The notes beneath the pieces were generated by a model that worked only from the letters and a program-made list of their open reading frames with translations, had not been told where the DNA came from and did not search any database. This document shows positions 8,318-17,515 of a DNA stretch of 28,347 nt, in pieces. Within the stretch, counting starts at the first letter, position 1. Each line of letters opens with the position of its first letter. The stretch spans positions 1 to 28,347 of the IMG/VR virus record IMGVR_UViG_3300032019_000007; one strand, 5' to 3'. A program made the position numbers and the translations under genes. This DNA comes from a virus (lineage: Duplodnaviria; Caudoviricetes).

Positions 8318-8560
8318 TTAAAAACTACCGCCAACGATAATAGTACTACTATTTTCTAGTCTACTCTTAACGATGAAAGTTTCTGTTGCTGAATCATATA
8401 CGATGATAGAACCCTCTTCTCTATCTGTGATATCGATATCTAACATGTCTGCCAGTTTAGTCGTGGGTTTATGGTACATTGATCGAGCTTGTAGTTTTTC
8501 TGTACCCTTTAAGGACGCCGTTAAACTTGTAGCCCCCGTTAGTGTTCCTGTTAATGCCAT
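8318..8560 (-). CDS. Small virion/fibre adaptor protein
   Basis: L.D..D.DI.....GSIIVYD....TF motif of fibre proteins; ends IVGGSF; translationally coupled. Confidence 0.6.
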   Translation of the reverse strand: MALTGTLTGATSLTASLKGTEKLQARSMYHKPTTKLADMLDIDITDREEGSIIVYDSATETFIVKSRLENSSTIIVGGSF

Positions 8561-8895
8561 TATCGTGTTACTCCTGGTGTTACTGTTAATTGTCCTTCAA
8601 CTATTCGTGTTATAGTTCCACCAGTTCCATTCTGAATTTCCACGTCATATACATATCGTCCTGCTTTTAGAGCATTTGTTTGCGTGCTTGTCAAAGCAAT
8701 TGAAACCTTGCCTTGAGATGCACTTTCTACGGCCGCAGTAAAATCTACTGCTGTTGAAGACGCATAAGTCTTTCTTAACTGTGCAGTAACTAAATACCCA
8801 GTAAGGTCTGCAATCCCACCTGCAGCATCCGATACGATAATCTCTGTCGAGAAATCGGATCCCTGGTCTACTGTTATGTTAGAATAAATAGCCAT
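8560..8895 (-). CDS. Conserved T4-like virion protein, BppU_N/Ig-like fold
   Basis: NITVDQGSDF..DLTGY...AQLRK...GRYVYDVEI...RIVEG.LTV.PGVT pattern common in cyanophage-type T4-likes. Confidence 0.7.
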   Translation of the reverse strand: MAIYSNITVDQGSDFSTEIIVSDAAGGIADLTGYLVTAQLRKTYASSTAVDFTAAVESASQGKVSIALTSTQTNALKAGRYVYDVEIQNGTGGTITRIVEGQLTVTPGVTR

Positions 8896-8897
8896 GA

Positions 8898-9128
8898 TTA
8901 AGTGGCTGGAAAGACTTGTGTGCCACTAACATCATACAATGTTACTAGACTAGAAGCGGTCGCCGTACCAGCAACAATTGCTGCAAGGGCTTCTACTATG
9001 TTTGTATATCCTACTGAACCACTTACTGTCAGTTCATCGATATCTCCAATAGACGTTCCTATTTCGTTAGTCTTAACTCTCCATTCCTCGAATGTGTCTG
9101 TTGTTGCTACGTTTACTACATTTGCCAT
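8898..9128 (-). CDS. Small virion structural protein
   Basis: N-terminal VATTDTFEEWRVKTN motif typical of T4-like structural proteins; tight operon packing. Confidence 0.6.
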   Translation of the reverse strand: MANVVNVATTDTFEEWRVKTNEIGTSIGDIDELTVSGSVGYTNIVEALAAIVAGTATASSLVTLYDVSGTQVFPAT

Positions 9129-9129
9129 A

Positions 9130-9327
9130 TTACTTCTCTAATAGTTGTTTTAACATTTGTTTTATCTCTGCAAGCTCTGTTTCAACTTGCTCAAGACGAT
9201 TATTCTTTTTCAGGGCAGCTTGCTTTGCTATTCTTGCTGCAGACGCAGCTGCCCTGTTAGTATTTATAATAGCACCCGACTCGGAGTCCTTTCTTAAATC
9301 AGAATAATCTTCTACCCTGACTAACAT
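9130..9327 (-). CDS. Conserved small coiled-coil protein following the VrlC-like gene
   Basis: L.KD..SGAIINTN then heptads ending EIKQMLKQLLEK. Confidence 0.65.
   Translation of the reverse strand: MLVRVEDYSDLRKDSESGAIINTNRAAASAARIAKQAALKKNNRLEQVETELAEIKQMLKQLLEK
9261..9268 (-). promoter_or_regulatory. Possible T4-type late promoter TATAAATA
   Basis: Exact consensus, sense orientation, about 130 nt upstream of ATG 9128; intragenic. Confidence 0.45.
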
Positions 9328-9328
9328 A

Positions 9329-12300
9329 TTAAATAGCCGCTATTGCTCTAAAGTTCTTAATTAAAGGTACCTTAGATGTATTCTCAGATTCAAATACTAC
9401 CTTAACAGCAAACACTGAGAACGAACTTTGTGCGTTACTTGGGGTTGCACCTGAAGGATATACAGTTTGACCACTTGCAAGAGATATACTATATGCTATC
9501 TCATTAAACTCACCTTCTTGATCTGTAAATGGTATATTCGCACCATAATTAGGTGTTGATAATACTGAATCTACTGTTGGGCTTAATAAGTACCAATCAA
9601 TATTCTCATCAATATCATTGACGTTAGTACCTAGTTTAACATATACCGAAATATGAGTTTGAGTCGGTCTATGAATGTCCATCCAAATCTTCAATTCAGA
9701 TGATTCTTCTTTTAACTCGACAGTCTTAGCAACATATTTTGCTTGAGCTGATCCACGGAATGGATCTGTTTCAGCAAAATAGTTATCTACTAAATTGTAT
9801 CCAGAAGTTGCAGTACCAATTGGTCTATCAATTCTATTTGCAATAGTAATCACCGAACACCTATCAAGGTCAATTAATGGAGTTAGGTGAGATACTGATG
9901 TTCTCATTGTTCCAGTTAAAGTCATTGATGGAGTTGCTAAAGAAGCATTCACTGCGTTTCTTGTTGATAGAATAACCTGAGGGGTGTTTGAGTTAACGTT
10001 TTGATTAACAACAACACCCGCCGCAGTAGTATTATTATATGTGCTAGGATCCGTTGATACCATATTCCAAGTGAGGTTAGTACCTGGCATAATCATATTC
10101 TCTACATATGGATATGCTGTATTCCATACTACATTATAGTCTGCAGAAACATTCGTTCCACCACTAATACCTGAAGAAGTAGCAACAGTTGTTCCACTGT
10201 TTGCTTCCGCAGAGAAGGTAAATGTGTCTATTCTAATATCAGTAACAGTTTGTTCAGCATTGATTTGAGTTGCTGGTATACCATTAGAAGCAGCAGCACC
10301 CATAATCTCTACTTTATCACCAACTTTGAGTCCATGGTTAGGCATGAAGCACACAATAGCAGTCGAGCCACTAGATGTAGTAAATGGATCAGATTTTAAT
10401 CCTTTCTGTGGAACTACCCCATTCTCTAGTGTTAGAGTATGGTCAAGGTCTTTAACAAAATTAGCTCTGTTTAACACAAATCTTAAATCACTTGATTGAT
10501 CTGCAGTCCATGTAGAAGCATTTGCTGATTTAAACATTACACCATTATATGGTTGCGCTTGGATAACTACATCATTAGAGTCTCTCTCACCAACTGTTGC
10601 AAAATCAACTGTATATCCATTACTGTTACTTAAAATAACAAAGCAATATTCTCTGTCTTGTTGTAGATGGATAGGAGATGGGAATGTAAATCTAGTTGCA
10701 GCAGTAGTACTTACTGCTGAAGCTGCAACTGTTACATCACCAAATGGAAGTACCCTTTGGTTTGGATAACCATTTTCCATTTCTCTAATTTGAACAGTTA
10801 CCGGAGCTGCAATTGAAGTTGTGTCTTTAGAATTAAAGTATAAATCAAGACTCGTAATGAAACAACCACCTGCCAAACCAATCATAAATGATTGTGCTAG
10901 TGGGTCACTCCATGTTGTACTAATTAATTGTTTAGTACTTCTATTGTCTGAAACATTTCTTTTCTGTATTGTAGGAACACGAGTAGCTACAGTAACATTT
11001 TCAACGGATTCTAATATTCCCTTAGATGTGTACATGGTGGAAGCAGATGTAATTGTAACATCTTCACTTCCAGTATTACTTTGATCTTCTGTTAACAATA
11101 ATTCTTTAGTACCTGAAGTTAAACCATCAGGAACCCAGAAGTAGAAACTTACGGATCCAGCTGAAGTTGTTGTAATAGTAGTTGAACCACCCGGATACTG
11201 ACTATTGTTCTTAGCATATACTGTAGCATCAACACCACCGACCGAAGTAGGGGCTACTGTTGTACTAACATAATCATCTACAGCAACACCATCAAAGAAT
11301 GGATATAGTCTTGTATTAGGACGACATCTGGTTACTACACAAGTAACAAGACGACTTCTCATGAATGGAAGAATGTTAACTTCTACTACTCTGTCGCCAT
11401 GATTCTCAAGAACCGTTGATGGGGCTATAAAGGTTTGTACACCACTTCGACTCTTCTCTGTTGTTCTATACGTCTCATGCTTATGCATTTCCTGTGGTGT
11501 AGAAGCAAGTGTTGTCTTCACTTCTGTGCCAGTCCAGTTAGTTTCCCATGAATCCCATACAGTACCCATTGCATTTTCTTCCCTTAATTGGGAAACTAAT
11601 GCGTCATACACACTATCATCATCGATAACAACTGCTGGTCTACGGCTTGTTTCTTTCCATTCATCAGATGATGGGGTTAGTTCTAATGTACCTGTCCAAT
11701 TGAACACTGAGAATGGGTTAACATTGATAGAACCACTAGCCTGTTGTTGACTAATAACAGCAACCTGAGAATATGGTAGCGTTACTAGCCCACCATATTT
11801 TTGTGTAACACCTGAATTTCCATCATTAGTATTGTTATATTCTAGTGAAATATTATCTTCATTAAATGTAGGGCGAGCTAAACCATTCAACCTATCAATA
11901 CCTGCTTTGAATTCAGGTGAATCTACCCGAGATGCTTTAGTATTGGTAAACGGATCTACAATAAGACCAGTTTTAAAGGCATGAGTTGATGTATCATTAT
12001 CCCACATCTGTTGGTTTGCTGCTTGATTTTCTAAATGGTTCAATGCAGTATAGTATTCCATTCTATTAATACGTCTGTCCATAGTACTAATATCACGCAT
12101 TGTGAATCGTCTATTATCAAGATGTTGAATGTGTACATCACCAGCGTCAAATGTATATGCTGGAATAGTTAGGACAGCTACAGTCATAGCCTCCTTAGGA
12201 TTATCAGGTGAACCAGGAGTAAGAGAATCTTGCCCCTCTAATATTTTAAATTCGCCTCTTGAATCAAAGTATACTTTGTCAATTCTACCTAGATAATGTT

Positions 12301-14623
12301 GAACATCTGTTTTAAATGTGGATCCAGACCTTGGATGCAATTGAGTTGAAGTACCAACAATCTGTCTAAAGTCTACAGCATCTCTTAATTCAATTCCATT
12401 GAACTTTCCGATTGAAGTATAATCACCAGCATCATAAGAGTCTACTGTGAAGAAGTCACCACTGCCAGAATGGGCCCAATATGAGAATGTAATTCTCAAT
12501 GATACATTAGCATCATGAGCTACCTCATAGTTTGAACCTGATTTGATTCGAATACGACCGTAGTCATAAATAGCGTCTCTTTGGCCATTATCCAACTCAA
12601 AGTATTCAGTTACTGTTCGAACAACAAGTGAGGTTGAAGTGTTATATTCTTCAACAGTCAACAACGATTGAACATCTGCGTATGTACTTAAAGCATTACC
12701 TTCATACTTAGTGAAGTCAACGTTTGCAGAGCTTACAATAGTTGGAAGAAGGACAGCGCTTGGTGTAGTTAGAGTTTTACTTCTATGACCACCAGTATTA
12801 CCGCCAGTTTTAATTACAGGAGCAATTAATCGTACATCCGTACCCGCAGTTATCACTGAAGCACCAAGAGTAATTGTTACTGTTTTATTCGAAGCAGATA
12901 GAACACCTGACCAATCACCTGGGTCAACTGCTGCATCATTGTCTACTGACCATAATGTCCAATCCAACATAGGAGCTGAACTTGTATGAACATCAGTAAA
13001 TGATTCATCTGCTCCTAAAGTCCAAGTTGCTGTGGTAGATGCTACGTTGTAGATAGAATCCATTTCTCTCACAACTTCATATGAGTGGTTATAATCTGAT
13101 GTACCTGATGTAACTGAGTCTAATGTTTTAATTACATCATTAGGGAGTTTAAATACTAAGTTCTCTTCAACAAACTGATAGCCAACAAGACCGTGGGTTG
13201 CAATCCATCCCTGATACACATCGAAATTAGTAGAATTCACTGTAATAGTACCAGTTGAGAATCCTTGAAAACCATTCGCTGGGACAGTTGGTGTAACATT
13301 AATAACATTTAAACGGAAGACGTTTGGAACCGAACCCGCACCCTTTACCCAATTCTGAATAGATGCTAAAGTTGCCGTACCAATTGTTGTACCACCACTA
13401 TTTTTTAATGTAATAATATCACCTGGAACTGGAAGATCACCTTCCAATCCTTCATTTGCGGCCCATGTTTGGCCAATACCACCAGATGTTCCTGACTCAG
13501 TAATATATATTAAACTATTATGAGAGATTGTAGTAGATCTATCTGTTACTACAGTTGAAGAGTTACCCTTTCTAACTGCTATCTGAGACTTATTATATGT
13601 CTCCACTTCATAACCTTGAACATATGCTTTCGTAGGTTCAATCGCTAAAGCGATGTGAGTTGATGTATCATTAACAAGACGACCAACAAACGGGTTGATT
13701 GCATAGTTACCAGATTCATCAAATGTTCTGCGAGCAAGTGTATCTTCAAATACTGAATAATCACTTACGCGTGCTTGCTTGACAATATCACCAGCTTCAA
13801 CCCTAGCAAGAAGAACAAAGTCAACTGCTGTTGTAGGACTGGTTACACCGTCCCAAGGATTCTGTGAGATTAATGAAGTTTTAATTGAGACTCTATGAGC
13901 ACCTGGTGCAGCTGCATTAGGTGATCCCGTTGCATTATCATTTAAACTGGAATCTTCCGAACTTGTTACGATGGCTTCTGTAATATGGAAACCGACATCT
14001 TGAGTAGGAGCTGTAGAATACTTACCTACTACAACAGTAGCAGCTTTAGTAATAACGAAACGCTTTCTGATATAATAGATACCTTCGCTTACTGATACTA
14101 AGAAACCAGCACCTGTAATAGTTGTATCAGTATTATCAATTACGTTACCGACAGTAGCTGCAAATGATGTTCCTGTTAAACTTGCTGTGGTTGAGAATGT
14201 ACTATTACCAGCAAAGTGGTTTAAGTAAAGAGTTACAGGATCTGTTGTAGTACCCGCTTCGACATGGAGAATTTTAGCATAATTACCAGCACTATCAGTA
14301 ATCTCTAATCCAATCAGAGAAGATAATGTGGTTGTGGATCCGGTTGCAGAGCCATTTAATGATGCTAATTTTACATATCTAACTTCTTTATAAATTTCTA
14401 CTCCACCAGGCACAACCATAGACCCATTTTTAAACATATGGTCGCCTACACTTGAGACTTGATTTTGAAGCATAGACTGGAGTTGGGTTAGTTCCCTAGC
14501 TTGAATAGCTACTCCTGGTCTAAATAAAATCTGATTATATTTTTCCTTTGGTGTGAGACCATCTACTGAGGTCGCTTGGTTATAATCATCCCAATATGGA
14601 TCGATGTGTGTATTTAATGCCAT
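9329..14623 (-). CDS. Large VrlC-like/DUF4815 virion structural protein
   Basis: PYWDDY...ILFRPGVAIQARELTQLQSMLQNQ, LARRTFDESGNY, DPLAQSF, FKSANASTWT, PLIKNFRAIA. Confidence 0.85.
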   Translation of the reverse strand: MALNTHIDPYWDDYNQATSVDGLTPKEKYNQILFRPGVAIQARELTQLQSMLQNQVSSVGDHMFKNGSMVVPGGVEIYKEVRYVKLASLNGSATGSTTTLSSLIGLEITDSAGNYAKILHVEAGTTTDPVTLYLNHFAGNSTFSTTASLTGTSFAATVGNVIDNTDTTITGAGFLVSVSEGIYYIRKRFVITKAATVVVGKYSTAPTQDVGFHITEAIVTSSEDSSLNDNATGSPNAAAPGAHRVSIKTSLISQNPWDGVTSPTTAVDFVLLARVEAGDIVKQARVSDYSVFEDTLARRTFDESGNYAINPFVGRLVNDTSTHIALAIEPTKAYVQGYEVETYNKSQIAVRKGNSSTVVTDRSTTISHNSLIYITESGTSGGIGQTWAANEGLEGDLPVPGDIITLKNSGGTTIGTATLASIQNWVKGAGSVPNVFRLNVINVTPTVPANGFQGFSTGTITVNSTNFDVYQGWIATHGLVGYQFVEENLVFKLPNDVIKTLDSVTSGTSDYNHSYEVVREMDSIYNVASTTATWTLGADESFTDVHTSSAPMLDWTLWSVDNDAAVDPGDWSGVLSASNKTVTITLGASVITAGTDVRLIAPVIKTGGNTGGHRSKTLTTPSAVLLPTIVSSANVDFTKYEGNALSTYADVQSLLTVEEYNTSTSLVVRTVTEYFELDNGQRDAIYDYGRIRIKSGSNYEVAHDANVSLRITFSYWAHSGSGDFFTVDSYDAGDYTSIGKFNGIELRDAVDFRQIVGTSTQLHPRSGSTFKTDVQHYLGRIDKVYFDSRGEFKILEGQDSLTPGSPDNPKEAMTVAVLTIPAYTFDAGDVHIQHLDNRRFTMRDISTMDRRINRMEYYTALNHLENQAANQQMWDNDTSTHAFKTGLIVDPFTNTKASRVDSPEFKAGIDRLNGLARPTFNEDNISLEYNNTNDGNSGVTQKYGGLVTLPYSQVAVISQQQASGSINVNPFSVFNWTGTLELTPSSDEWKETSRRPAVVIDDDSVYDALVSQLREENAMGTVWDSWETNWTGTEVKTTLASTPQEMHKHETYRTTEKSRSGVQTFIAPSTVLENHGDRVVEVNILPFMRSRLVTCVVTRCRPNTRLYPFFDGVAVDDYVSTTVAPTSVGGVDATVYAKNNSQYPGGSTTITTTSAGSVSFYFWVPDGLTSGTKELLLTEDQSNTGSEDVTITSASTMYTSKGILESVENVTVATRVPTIQKRNVSDNRSTKQLISTTWSDPLAQSFMIGLAGGCFITSLDLYFNSKDTTSIAAPVTVQIREMENGYPNQRVLPFGDVTVAASAVSTTAATRFTFPSPIHLQQDREYCFVILSNSNGYTVDFATVGERDSNDVVIQAQPYNGVMFKSANASTWTADQSSDLRFVLNRANFVKDLDHTLTLENGVVPQKGLKSDPFTTSSGSTAIVCFMPNHGLKVGDKVEIMGAAASNGIPATQINAEQTVTDIRIDTFTFSAEANSGTTVATSSGISGGTNVSADYNVVWNTAYPYVENMIMPGTNLTWNMVSTDPSTYNNTTAAGVVVNQNVNSNTPQVILSTRNAVNASLATPSMTLTGTMRTSVSHLTPLIDLDRCSVITIANRIDRPIGTATSGYNLVDNYFAETDPFRGSAQAKYVAKTVELKEESSELKIWMDIHRPTQTHISVYVKLGTNVNDIDENIDWYLLSPTVDSVLSTPNYGANIPFTDQEGEFNEIAYSISLASGQTVYPSGATPSNAQSSFSVFAVKVVFESENTSKVPLIKNFRAIAAI

Positions 14624-14644
14624 GGGTTATCCTTGGGTTATCCT
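14623..14644 (-). repeat. 11-bp tandem duplication containing the RBS (AGGATAACCCA x2)
   Basis: tgggttatcct tgggttatcct read directly. Confidence 0.85.
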
Positions 14645-16017
14645 TAAAATTCTATTACTAGTCTAATTGTCTCGTTTTGGCTCGAGCCTCTTGATACTGC
14701 ATCTCTATTCTCAACAAACATAACTGACCCCGTATCATACGTTAAGTCTGAAGCTACCAATGATGATACTGAATATGATCCAGTACCAATAGTGTCTGAT
14801 GTTGTAAATGGTACATAACCAGAATCTCTGTCTTGTACATAATGTAAAGTGCTACCTGAATACTCAACTACAATTCCTACAGCACCTGAACTTGACCCCG
14901 TGATTTCTTCACCTGGAGTGAAAGAACCAGAAGATACTGTAAGAGCTTTACATGCGTTGTATACTGTACCTAATGCAATCGCTGATGTGGCAGCATCAAC
15001 TGGGTCTGCGATAAGTGAAAGTTGTCTGAACGAACCTGAAGAAGGAATCGCACCACTTTCATCACCGTTAAATGTCTTGTTAAAAATCACATAGTGACTT
15101 CTTAAATCTCTAATAGCTTTCTTACCAAAACCACCTGGAGGAGCAATAACAACTCTTGCTATAGCGCCAGCTCCAGCTGAATCAGTAATTACAACTGATG
15201 CATTATTATATCCTGTTCCGTGATTGTATGTATAACTTCCTGCGGATCCAGTCTCTAATACGATCTCAGTAATAACACCACCAACTACTGTAGCTGATGC
15301 TGTAGCACCAGTACCATCGCCCACAACTGTTACAGTTGGACTTGATGTGTATCCTGTACCACCATTAGTTACTACAATATTATGAATCGCACCATCAACA
15401 GCATTGTCTTCAACATCCCATTGATTAAGGAATATAAACTCAGCATCGCCTGATACTGGTCTTGTAGAAGAAGTTAATACTGGAACAGGAATGAATTGTG
15501 TTGTAAGGAAAGCAGTTGCAGTTGCAGTAGGAATTGTTAACATGAACTTCCAAACATAATCGTCTGATGTTCTAACTACTCCAGTTGTTACTGTTCCTAC
15601 ACCTGTATCTGGGTTTACAGTAGATGCTGTTGCTGCACCTGCTGAATCAATACCAGTACGTAAGCAAAGATAAACATTATAGTTATCAGATATTACATAG
15701 TATCCAGTACTCGAACCTGATTCAAGTGCTACATCTGCATCATCATATGCTACATAAGTAGTTCCTGATGCCCAAGTGTGACGTGGGCTGCAATGAAAAA
15801 CATCACCAGCAGCAATGTTCTTTACTGCCATTAGTGAATCCCACACACCTCGTGAGATATTATCGTTTTCGTATAAAGCATCAGGTACTTCCAGAGAACT
15901 GACCAATGGCCAAGCATCCGGTTTACCTAATCCCAAGTAATATTTAGTAGTAGACACACTGTCAACGAACCTTTCAGTTGCATCTAATCTAAAATCATGT
16001 GTAATTATCGCTGACAT
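14644..16017 (-). CDS. gp8: Baseplate wedge subunit gp8
   Basis: MSAIIT..FR, YLGLGKPDAW, PR..W.SG..Y, YNVYLCL, DYVWKFM, ENR...R...Q.E.IRLVIEF; follows gp7. Confidence 0.9.
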   Translation of the reverse strand: MSAIITHDFRLDATERFVDSVSTTKYYLGLGKPDAWPLVSSLEVPDALYENDNISRGVWDSLMAVKNIAAGDVFHCSPRHTWASGTTYVAYDDADVALESGSSTGYYVISDNYNVYLCLRTGIDSAGAATASTVNPDTGVGTVTTGVVRTSDDYVWKFMLTIPTATATAFLTTQFIPVPVLTSSTRPVSGDAEFIFLNQWDVEDNAVDGAIHNIVVTNGGTGYTSSPTVTVVGDGTGATASATVVGGVITEIVLETGSAGSYTYNHGTGYNNASVVITDSAGAGAIARVVIAPPGGFGKKAIRDLRSHYVIFNKTFNGDESGAIPSSGSFRQLSLIADPVDAATSAIALGTVYNACKALTVSSGSFTPGEEITGSSSGAVGIVVEYSGSTLHYVQDRDSGYVPFTTSDTIGTGSYSVSSLVASDLTYDTGSVMFVENRDAVSRGSSQNETIRLVIEF

Positions 16018-16039
16018 TTTTAAGTCTCCGTTTTTTAAA

Positions 16040-17515
16040 TTAAGTTATGGTTATTTGTGATCCAAAGTGAATCCCTATACGTTTATTTATAGCATCTTGA
16101 ATGGTATAAACTCTGTAATCTCGAATAGGTCTCCAGTTTTTGAATTTAGTATTTTCGAAATGGTCCCAAGCACCAAAGCGCGTCATTACATTGGGGTCAT
16201 AATCGAGGTATTTGTATACAACATTTAACGCGCTTGCTACTGGAACAGCATAATCTGTTACATTAACAAATATTAGGAATGGCAATCCACCCACTTGCGA
16301 ACCTGGTTGTATAACAGGTATTCCAAACTGTAATACTTTAATGAAAATAAAGATTTCACCGAAGTATACAAAACCAGCTGGATGAACAAGGCGTCTGAAG
16401 TTATCTTGCCAATCAAGGTTGTTTACACCTTGTCTCAGAACATAAGAAAACTTTTGGTAAAAATATGAATCTTGAATGTACTTTGCAGTATTGGGCATAC
16501 TGTTTCTCTGAGAATTATCTTCCGACCAGAAACCTCTTGTATACGCTTTAACAACATCACCATTAGCTAATTGAGTATCAAACACAATGTGTCTGTCATT
16601 AACTTCTGTTGATGAATTATATACTACCTTTTCAGTAGCGTTGGTAATAACACCATTAACTGTAATGACGTCATCATCCCCCTTAAATAGTAGACCATTA
16701 TCATCTGCAACATCAATTGTGCGCCTGTCAATTGGTATTACAAAGGAACTAAATTTTCCACTACCAACATAATCAGCTTTTGCTGCCTCGATTATATCTA
16801 ATAGATTTTGTTCAATGGTTCCAGAAGATGCTGGCTGGCCTGCAACTTCCCTAAGTATATCAATGGAATCGCCAATATCAACAGTACCATCCTCATCAAC
16901 ATCCGCCTGTAAAAGATTATTGGAAAGAACTTCTAATGCAAAATCATAAACATCCTGGTCAGTAGGGGTCTGATTAGTCACGTAATTCAGGACTTCAATT
17001 GCCAGAGCATTAAAAAATCCATCGGCTCCATGACTTGTAAACGTGTTGGCTTGCCATACTGAAAGAGTTGGAAGAGTCCAAGTATAAGAAGGAATATCAG
17101 ATACTTGCTCCACCCAAGTGGATGCAGATGGGCTTATAATATCATCACCAGGATAATATATCTCGACATCTGAGTTGTGCATCAATCTAAAGAATGCTTG
17201 AATAGAATTAGGGGTACCACGAGACCTATAGAATTCTATTAGATGTTTATAGAATAATCTCGGATCAACAGTAAAGTCTCTTGGAATCGCTACACCAATT
17301 TCTCTTTGAAGGTCTTCTAGCAACTCCGTTTCAATTAAATCAATATCCCGTTGGTGATCCAATTGATTTAAGTAAAATCCACTTACACCATCATTCTCCT
17401 TAGTAGATTCTAAGAATAGAGCATATACTTTAATGAACTCGACCAAATCCCCATAATTGTCAGATATGTGCTTAGGTATTAAGTCGTCGACGTATGAGGA
17501 TATATTATAAGCCAT
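16040..17515 (-). CDS. gp7: Baseplate wedge initiator gp7-like (short form)
   Basis: FYRSRGT..SI..FFRL, IQDSYFYQKFSYVL, LVHPAGF.YFGE; between gp6 and gp8. Confidence 0.8.
   Translation of the reverse strand: MAYNISSYVDDLIPKHISDNYGDLVEFIKVYALFLESTKENDGVSGFYLNQLDHQRDIDLIETELLEDLQREIGVAIPRDFTVDPRLFYKHLIEFYRSRGTPNSIQAFFRLMHNSDVEIYYPGDDIISPSASTWVEQVSDIPSYTWTLPTLSVWQANTFTSHGADGFFNALAIEVLNYVTNQTPTDQDVYDFALEVLSNNLLQADVDEDGTVDIGDSIDILREVAGQPASSGTIEQNLLDIIEAAKADYVGSGKFSSFVIPIDRRTIDVADDNGLLFKGDDDVITVNGVITNATEKVVYNSSTEVNDRHIVFDTQLANGDVVKAYTRGFWSEDNSQRNSMPNTAKYIQDSYFYQKFSYVLRQGVNNLDWQDNFRRLVHPAGFVYFGEIFIFIKVLQFGIPVIQPGSQVGGLPFLIFVNVTDYAVPVASALNVVYKYLDYDPNVMTRFGAWDHFENTKFKNWRPIRDYRVYTIQDAINKRIGIHFGSQITIT
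16084..16091 (-). promoter_or_regulatory. T4-type late promoter TATAAATA upstream of gp8
   Basis: Exact consensus 66 nt before ATG 16017; GGAG RBS between. Confidence 0.65.
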
